DNA of 64,000 nucleotides from Candidatus Latescibacterota bacterium (GTDB lineage Bacteria; Latescibacterota; UBA2968; UBA8231): NCBI GenBank assembly GCA_965206595.1, contig OZ242214.1, positions 2,432,001 to 2,496,000 of the forward strand, read 5' to 3'. Shown piece by piece: positions 57,477 to 64,000 of this stretch (position 1 is its first letter; each line of letters starts with the position of its first letter). The notes under the pieces were generated by a model. It saw only the letters and a program-made list of their open reading frames with translations, ran no database searches and was not told where the DNA came from. The position numbers and the translations under genes were made by a program.

Positions 57477-59219
57477 TCAGTCTGCTCGGTGTTTCGGGAC
57501 AGGGACTCTGTCCTCCACCTGCTCTGCTGCTCTTCGCCGGGCAGCCTGTTCCAGCCCCTCCACGAAATCCCCGGTGACGGCGAGCCGCCATGAATCGCCG
57601 CGGTCGTCGGAGATCAACATGGCCGCGCCTCGGTCCCGCAGCACAATGTCGTAGCCGCCGGGAGCATCCGGGTTCTCCGTGGCGTCTTCGGGCCATTTGC
57701 GCGCGTATGCGCGCCGTTCCTCGGGCGTCATCAGATCCGGGTAGTATGCGTAGCTGACGAACAGCCTGCCGAGCCGGTCGATGCTGATCTTCTGGCGCCA
57801 GGCAGCGTAGTTGACGCGGAACGGGCTCACGAGAACCCGGTGCGGCTCCCAGTCCCGGCCCGCCTTCTTGCGCTGGTAGACCAGCTGAAAGCGGTAGTCG
57901 TCGCTGCCGGCCCAGCGGCTGACCAGGTGCAGGGTGTCGTCGTAGTCGCACAGCAGCGCCGTGTACGTGTAGCTGCCCCCGCCCTCGGGCGGCTTCGGGG
58001 TCCCGAACATCCGCGGCTCGGTCCATCCCTCCGTGCTGCTGTTGGGCGCCAGCGAGCGGGTGTACTGGAAGTTGTCGTGGTGGGCGCCGATGACGACGTG
58101 AAGGTAGCCCTTCGAGTCCACCGATATCGCCGGCGGGTCGTGGTTGTTTCGCCGGCTGAAACCGAGGAGCACGGGGTTGCTCAGCTCGCCGCTGGCGTGG
58201 TCGTAGGTGCGGATGTAGCTGGGAGCAAGGGAGCCGGACGAGTCCTTGTAGCGCAGCGCGTAGGGCACGTACTCCCCGTCCATCCCGGCCGACAGCGCCT
58301 CGGCCTCCTCCCGGTGCCGCTCGAGGGGCTCAATGCTCAGCCACACCACGTGGGTCCTGCCTCCGTAGGTGGCGCTGACGTTGCCGGCCCCCGAATGGGT
58401 CGGGGTGATCCAGTTCCTGAGCTTGCCGGCGATCGGCGGATCGGCGCGCGCCAGCAGGATCGTCTCGGGCGGCGTCAAGCGTCCGTCATCCCGCTTCTCC
58501 GCCACGAACAGGCTCAGCTCCCGGCCGCGTCCCTCGACCATCGGCGGCGGCCCGTCGATCTGGTTGTGTCCTTCGAGCCGCTCCAGCCGCTGGGCGCCGG
58601 TGTAGAGCTTGCGCTGAAACGGGGTGGAGTGAACCGCGGGCGACACGGTTTCGTAGAAGGTCCAGGTGCGCAGGCGGTCCCACGAGTGCGCCAGGCCGAA
58701 GGCATCGATGCGCCGCGCCGGCGTTTCCCGGAAGATGTCCTGGCGCTGCAGATGGGCGACGCGGGCCAGCATGTAGGCGTCGCCGTCCCTGTCGAAGGAG
58801 ATGAAGGGGCCGTTGCGGAAGGCGCTCCCCTCGATGCCGTCGTACTCCGCCTTCATCGCCGCGTCGAAGTCGAGGGCGATCCAGCCGCCTTCGTCATCGA
58901 GGGTGATCAGCTCGGTCCCTAACGCCATCCAGGGGCGGTTTTCCGCGTCGAACGATACCGGCGCCGGCACGTACCGGGGGGCGTACCCGAAAAGCTCCCC
59001 CTCCATGCGAAAGTACTTCTCGTGCTGGATCGGCGCGGTCACCGGGCCGGCAACCCCCAGCTCCGGACCGCCGTGATCGACGAACGGCTGGCCTGACGGC
59101 GACGGGGATGCCCACAGCAGTGCCACCGCGGCTGCGATGGCAGTAGCTGGCCCCGACCTGACTCGTGGCGCGGCCGCGATGGATGGGACCGTTCTGTCAG
59201 GTGGCGCAGCGGCAACCAT
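57477..59219 (-). CDS. Secreted BNR-4 repeat beta-propeller protein
   Basis: AGGAG RBS, signal-like segment, NNHDPPAISVDSKGYLHVVIGAH, YTYTAL, SDDRGDSW. Confidence 0.7.
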   Translation of the reverse strand: MVAAAPPDRTVPSIAAAPRVRSGPATAIAAAVALLWASPSPSGQPFVDHGGPELGVAGPVTAPIQHEKYFRMEGELFGYAPRYVPAPVSFDAENRPWMALGTELITLDDEGGWIALDFDAAMKAEYDGIEGSAFRNGPFISFDRDGDAYMLARVAHLQRQDIFRETPARRIDAFGLAHSWDRLRTWTFYETVSPAVHSTPFQRKLYTGAQRLERLEGHNQIDGPPPMVEGRGRELSLFVAEKRDDGRLTPPETILLARADPPIAGKLRNWITPTHSGAGNVSATYGGRTHVVWLSIEPLERHREEAEALSAGMDGEYVPYALRYKDSSGSLAPSYIRTYDHASGELSNPVLLGFSRRNNHDPPAISVDSKGYLHVVIGAHHDNFQYTRSLAPNSSTEGWTEPRMFGTPKPPEGGGSYTYTALLCDYDDTLHLVSRWAGSDDYRFQLVYQRKKAGRDWEPHRVLVSPFRVNYAAWRQKISIDRLGRLFVSYAYYPDLMTPEERRAYARKWPEDATENPDAPGGYDIVLRDRGAAMLISDDRGDSWRLAVTGDFVEGLEQAARRRAAEQVEDRVPVPKHRAD

Positions 59220-59494
59220 CGCTCGCTCCTTCCTCTCTGGATCTATCTGCATCATGCCCGCCCTCCATGTCATCGCGCTTGCAGGTGTAAACGGGAACAA
59301 CACCGGAAAAGGGAAACAGTTTCGCCCGCGTAACAGAAATTTTGGGTGTTGTCCGGCCGTAATTGCCGGCACGTGCATTCTGCTGGAACCATGCAGCACA
59401 GATAAGGAAGCCTGGTCAGCGATCTGGCCGAGGGCCTTTCCTGGGGAATTCAATGTGACTACACTTGTCTTGATGTAGTTACAGGGAGATCGCA

Positions 59495-59761
59495 ATGAAC
59501 GCATCCGTACGCGACCTGAAGAGCAGGTTGTCGAGCTACCTTCGGCAAGTCCAGCGGGGAGAGACAGTCGTCGTAACTTCGAGGGGGAAGCCCATCGCCC
59601 GCCTCGTGCCGCTTCCGCCCCTCCTGTTGGAAGAGCGGCTGGCGACCTTGCCGGGGATCAATGCCGGGACGGGGGAAAAACCGAGGGGTGCCGCGCGCCC
59701 CGTGCGCGTCAAACCCGGACAGAAAAACGTCTCGGACATCGTGATGGAAGAGCGACCGTGA
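59495..59761 (+). CDS. Phd/YefM antitoxin
   Basis: SVRDLKSRLSSYLRQVQRGETVVVTSRGKPIARLVP. Confidence 0.9.
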   Translation: MNASVRDLKSRLSSYLRQVQRGETVVVTSRGKPIARLVPLPPLLLEERLATLPGINAGTGEKPRGAARPVRVKPGQKNVSDIVMEERP

Positions 59762-60219
59762 TCCTCTTTCTCGACACATCGGCTCTCGTCAAGCTGTACG
59801 TCGAGGAGGCCGACTCCGAGACGGTACGTGGGTGGGTGGATGTGGCCGAGGAAATCGCCTGCCAGTGGCTCGCATACGTGGAGGCGCGATCTGCTTTGGC
59901 TGCCAAACGCCGTTTGGGCGACCTGTCCGACGCAGAGCTGGAGGAATGCAAGAAGGAGCTGGAGGAGGATTGGGAGAGATATCACCGTGTCGCGGTCACC
60001 CAGACTCTTCTGCGACGAGCCGGTGCTCTGAGCGAACAGCTCGGCTTGCGCGCTTATGACAGTGTTCACCTTGCGGGGGCCGAGTATCTGCAATCCTCGC
60101 TGGGAGTGCCGATAACCTTCGGGTCCTTCGACCGCCGACAGGTCGATGCTGCCTCCCGGCTGGGAATGCTCATCACACCGGTCGATGACCAGAACAAAGG
60201 CGGTAGTCCAACCAACTAA
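59758..60219 (+). CDS. vapC: VapC PIN-domain toxin
   Basis: FLDTSALVKLY, YVEARSAL, LRAYDSVHLA, SFDRRQ; GTGA overlap. Confidence 0.92.
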   Translation: MILFLDTSALVKLYVEEADSETVRGWVDVAEEIACQWLAYVEARSALAAKRRLGDLSDAELEECKKELEEDWERYHRVAVTQTLLRRAGALSEQLGLRAYDSVHLAGAEYLQSSLGVPITFGSFDRRQVDAASRLGMLITPVDDQNKGGSPTN

Positions 60220-60243
60220 CCCCCCAACAAAAGGACAATCCCC

Positions 60244-60340
60244 ATGAGCGGCACTCACCCCCGACCAACGACTTCTACCGCCCTGGGGGTTACCTCCTCG
60301 TCGAGGACGTCCTCGACCCCTCCGTCTTCACCCTCCCCAT
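60244..60340 (+). pseudogene. N-terminal remnant of a PhyH-type gene
   Basis: Shifted frames read LTPDQ..DFYR..GYLLVEDVLDP. Confidence 0.4.
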
Positions 60341-60462
60341 CCCCGAATCGACGCCATTGCCGATACCGCCACCCAGCAGGCCCACGCTGCCGGCGAGAGG
60401 TTTCCCCCGAACAAGTCGGTCACACGTTTCCAGTGCTGGGAGCCGCGGCCGTAGGGTGAGGG

Positions 60463-61010
60463 TTGTCAAAGAGGACGGTTATAATCGATGCGTGCCTGGC
60501 CATCACACACGGCAACGCGCGTGCATTGGATCTGTTGACCGGGTTACAGCGACACAAGGTAGCGATCGCACAGCGTGCTGTCGCCGAGGTGACGCGGCAG
60601 CCGGCGAAGGATCAACTGACGAGAGCGATCGCGCGTGAACAGCTGGGAGTAGCGGCGATAGATCCACAAGACGGGAAGGAGCTGAATGAGCTTGTGCGGT
60701 TTGACCAGTCCGCCAAGTTCCGGGGTCGAGGCGACGGGGAGGTTCTGGCCTTGGCCTTTGCCAGGAAGTGGATCGTCGGCTCGGACGACCTGCCCGTGTG
60801 GCGGACAGGCATTGGAGGAGTTGGGCAACGCAAACGTGGCAGGGACGCTGGACTTCCTACGGTGGGCGGTGGAGGAAGACCGGATGGCGGTTAAGAAGGC
60901 GGTCGAGAGACTTCGAAGCCTGGACGTAGGGGAAGGGCTGTTCAAGCGACTTGAGCGTTCCGGGCAAGCCATTGAGCAAGTGCTTGGGGGTATTGGGGTC
61001 TTCAAGCAGC
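60463..61010 (+). CDS. PIN-like domain protein, frameshifted near 60810
   Basis: VIIDAC, VAEV, GRGDGEVLALA, VGSDD, then GTLDFLRWAV in the next frame; 3' end uncertain. Confidence 0.6.
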
Positions 61011-61125
61011 GGTCCGTTTGTCAATTCCCAAGATGTTTGGAAACAGGCAGGAACCCTGTGTTCTACCTGCTCTTCTGCTCCACAGGGCAAGCCGTTACCG
61101 AAAAGCCGGGGAGCCGGGGAAGCTA

Positions 61126-62148
61126 CTACTCCTTTTCCTTTGAAATGATCTCGTTCAGGCGAGCCGTGGCGAGCCTCGTATAGAAAGAATTGGAATCTCC
61201 CTTCTCGATTATCTGGTTCAACCACTCCTTGGCTTTCATCATACGATCTTCGTACAATTCTAAGGATTTCTTTGAATCCTCCAATTTTTTCTTGGATTCT
61301 GCCATATGCTCCTGGGCTTCTTTTCGACTATTCTCGACTACCTTGGAAAGAAAGGGATCGCCTACGAAATTCGTGGCGGTTTTTTGACTAGATTCCGCCA
61401 AAATTTGCTTAATTTCGGAATCTTTTTTTTGGGATTCCGATTGTTGTAGGTGATTTAATCCTTCCCGCCAGTATGCCTGAGCAATTTGGTATTTCATAGC
61501 TGGTAAATTTCCATCTCGGGGAAATCCTTTTTCGAATTCTTGGTAGGCCGCCAATAAAGGTTCAATGTATTGGTTGAACGAGAATTTAATCCCGTTCTTC
61601 CCCGAAATGGTTTTAAATTTCTCAGTATGCGCTTTCTTTGCTGCGTCCGTTCCAGAGAATTCCCTAATGACTTTGTCATACCAGTCGCAGGCCAATTTAA
61701 CATGGTCTAAATAATTAGAATCGACTGTCCAGATGGTTTCTTTTATATCCCCTGACCAAAATTCACCATGCTTCAAGTACAACCTTGCGGTTACATCGCT
61801 GACGATGTCGCTGGACAGATCCGCGATTTCCTGTGCCAAGTAGTCAATCTGTTCGGAAACCAGTCCGGCTTCAGGAGACGTGGGATATTGATCTGTGAGT
61901 CTATTCCAGGTAGCGAGCGCGGCGGGAAGTCGCTTCTCATTAAAGGCAATTAGGCCAAGATGATAGAGCGAGGTCGCTTTATTGGAATCATCGGCATCGC
62001 TGTGGGCGATCTCAATAAAAATAACCTTTGCTTCGTCGACTAAACCATGCTCCTTGAGCATCAAGGCACGAGGAACCGTATCGGCAATACTGCGATTGGG
62101 GACATCGAAACCCATCGCAAGGGCGAGCAGGATGAGAAGACGTTCCAT
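61126..62148 (-). CDS. Exported TPR/coiled-coil protein, low GC
   Basis: Signal peptide; SLYHLGLIAF...LTDQYPTS and YQIAQAY TPR-like units. Confidence 0.7.
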   Translation of the reverse strand: MERLLILLALAMGFDVPNRSIADTVPRALMLKEHGLVDEAKVIFIEIAHSDADDSNKATSLYHLGLIAFNEKRLPAALATWNRLTDQYPTSPEAGLVSEQIDYLAQEIADLSSDIVSDVTARLYLKHGEFWSGDIKETIWTVDSNYLDHVKLACDWYDKVIREFSGTDAAKKAHTEKFKTISGKNGIKFSFNQYIEPLLAAYQEFEKGFPRDGNLPAMKYQIAQAYWREGLNHLQQSESQKKDSEIKQILAESSQKTATNFVGDPFLSKVVENSRKEAQEHMAESKKKLEDSKKSLELYEDRMMKAKEWLNQIIEKGDSNSFYTRLATARLNEIISKEKE

Positions 62149-62329
62149 AAATATATCCTCCTGTGAAGTGGTGAAAGGCTAAACTAGGCAGCCCGCGGTT
62201 GCCGGCAGGAATGTCAAGGCCCGGTATGTCCGATAAGGCCAGAATCCCCCCGATTTCCGTATCTTTTTTGCGGATACTTCCTGAATGGCTATAACATAGC
62301 GGCAGGACCGATCTCACCTCTACCACACT

Positions 62330-62609
62330 TTATCGGTAATATCTCCTTAATTCATGCTCCATTAATTCCCTACTCTCCGTAGGAGTGGTCCCTCGTGGAA
62401 ACTCGGTGTCTAAAGCTTCCTCGACCGTTCGAATGGTCTTTTCGATGGCTTGGCTGGCCGCTTCTTTTCGGATATTTGTTTCTGATTTCCCATAGAAGGC
62501 CATGAGTTTTCTCCTCATTATAGGTGTATGGTGGTCGTCGATATTCCGGCCGTTCCTTAAGATAAAGCGGAAATGAATCTCAACTTGGTTATGGTTTTTT
62601 AATGTTCAC
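62330..62609 (-). CDS. Small hypothetical protein (probable homopolymer frameshift near 62595)
   Basis: GTG directly after the upstream stop; an open frame continues into ORF 62330-62518. Confidence 0.4.
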
Positions 62610-62611
62610 TT

Positions 62612-64000
62612 CTAAATCCCTTCTAATGAACCTCCGACCTCCTCAACAGCTTCCTTGACAACCTGGATAACATCGTCCACGAAATTTTGGGCCGCTATGT
62701 TCCTGATGGAAGTAATTGACGGCGCAGCAGAGTTATAAATCCGCTCTATCTCCCCCGCTCTTTGGTTGCTTGATCTTTTACCCCTGTAATCAAAAGCAGA
62801 TTGCCATTCATCGAGATGATCAACGATTAAACGTTGCGTTGACAAGTAGAAAATTCGGTCAGATACTTTCTGGCGTATCGTGTTGATGATGGCTTGCTTC
62901 TTATCGTCTGAAAGCGGGCGGCTTATGGTCCAATGATCAGGGGTATCCAGCCACCCAGAAATGCTAGACTGCAACTGACTTTTCAGATTAGCCACCGGTG
63001 TTAATCCATTATATTCGTCGTTATCCCACCTGTTGGCAAGGCGCCGGCACAACGCCTTAATTCGCGTCCAGTGTTCCTTAGGAAAATCCTTATAATATCT
63101 GAGCCCAAGCAATCCCCACCAAGGATTTTTGAACCCGTTAATAGCATCCTGTAGTGCGATTTCTAACTGGCGGATCTTGTAGACTGGCTTGGCATCAGGC
63201 AGGTCGGGAGGGATATTCGATTGCTGCATCTGCTTCAATAAACGATTCATATCTTTGACAAAACCGCGCGGTAGTTTATCCATTGCCTGATTCAGTCCAC
63301 CCAAGTAATAGTCATTGGCCTCCAGTCGTTGCCCTAGCATCTCCATTATCGACGGTGCCAGTTTTTCGCGCAGGCCATTTAGGGCATTACCGATTGCCGC
63401 GCGAACGTGATCCCTCTTCTGGGTATGGTTGCCGAGATTATCCCCCTTTACTTGGTCGAAGTGGGTGAAAACGACGGAGATTTTGTATACGTGACCGCTG
63501 TCCCCGACTGCCTTCAGGAGTTGCAGAGGGGCGGCCTGCATGGGCGATTTCGCGTTGTCCACCAGCAGAATCATATCCGTTTCAGAGAACCTCTCCGTTA
63601 CCTTTGTGGATATACTCGTCGCGTCCTTGGCTGAATGGCCTAGTCCTTCGCCATCCAGCAGCACGAGCTTTCGGTCATTGTCCTGTAGTTCAGGTCTAGA
63701 GGGCTGAAACGGGCCGCTTACACGAATGCCGTTTACCAACGGAGTAAGCAAACGTCCAAACTGCTGGCTATGGTTGCTGGTAAACCACCGTACCTGCTTC
63801 AAGAAGGTGTTGCGATCCTTTTCCTCGTAATACCAACAGGAGCGCCATCCCGTTTTTCCTTTATCAAATATTCCCTCCTCAATCAAGTTGAACCTGCTTT
63901 GGATAGCCTCCATTATATCAAGGGAGAGCTGTGTTAAGCCTTGATCTTCGTTCACTACGGTTCTGAAATCTTCCAGCCATTCCTGCCGCTTGTTGGAATT
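62612..64000 (-). CDS. Large dynamin-like/TRAFAC GTPase-type protein, 5'-partial
   Basis: LVLLDGEGLGH (G3-like) and VVFTHFD (G4-like), helical C-terminus; the P-loop would lie beyond the window. Confidence 0.6.
   Translation of the reverse strand, partial: NSNKRQEWLEDFRTVVNEDQGLTQLSLDIMEAIQSRFNLIEEGIFDKGKTGWRSCWYYEEKDRNTFLKQVRWFTSNHSQQFGRLLTPLVNGIRVSGPFQPSRPELQDNDRKLVLLDGEGLGHSAKDATSISTKVTERFSETDMILLVDNAKSPMQAAPLQLLKAVGDSGHVYKISVVFTHFDQVKGDNLGNHTQKRDHVRAAIGNALNGLREKLAPSIMEMLGQRLEANDYYLGGLNQAMDKLPRGFVKDMNRLLKQMQQSNIPPDLPDAKPVYKIRQLEIALQDAINGFKNPWWGLLGLRYYKDFPKEHWTRIKALCRRLANRWDNDEYNGLTPVANLKSQLQSSISGWLDTPDHWTISRPLSDDKKQAIINTIRQKVSDRIFYLSTQRLIVDHLDEWQSAFDYRGKRSSNQRAGEIERIYNSAAPSITSIRNIAAQNFVDDVIQVVKEAVEEVGGSLEGI

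Noticed and set aside
1-64000. CRISPR array, tRNA or rRNA genes
   Set aside because: I saw no regularly spaced direct repeats, cas genes or recognisable structural RNA genes by eye; a covariance search was not run.

Overview
GC-rich bacterial window with no rRNA, tRNA or CRISPR array that I can see. Gene content (eight PhyH-type dioxygenases plus a remnant, several Asp-box/BNR proteins, TPR proteins, secreted proteins ending in a 'SWARIKAS' tail) suggests a marine sponge-symbiont-type genome; this is inference only. Layout: 0.9-8.3 kb is a tandem array of secreted CBM9/DOMON-like paralogues, each preceded by a conserved hairpin and hit by a complete ISL3 and an IS66. 8.4-11.7 kb is the most interesting locus: a translationally coupled operon (FMN-binding CxxC protein, two thioredoxin-fold proteins, A24 prepilin-type peptidase) followed by a 112-aa precursor with a Flp-pilin-like leader, a hydrophobic helix and a 44-aa, 8-Cys CS-alpha-beta defensin-like C-terminus. 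No pilus or Tad machinery is in the window. 12-34 kb holds rtcB, an ECF sigma factor, PhyH genes and sugar/uronate catabolism. 34-43 kb holds decayed genes, pyrD and an N-methylglutamate-synthase-like cluster. 43-64 kb holds lipid and outer-membrane genes, toxin-antitoxin modules, a PcfJ-domain gene and a low-GC block with a GTPase-like gene at the right edge. Many single-base frameshifts (often in homopolymers) may be sequencing errors, but in-frame stops and internal deletions point to some real decay. All product calls come from motif recognition; no database searches were run.
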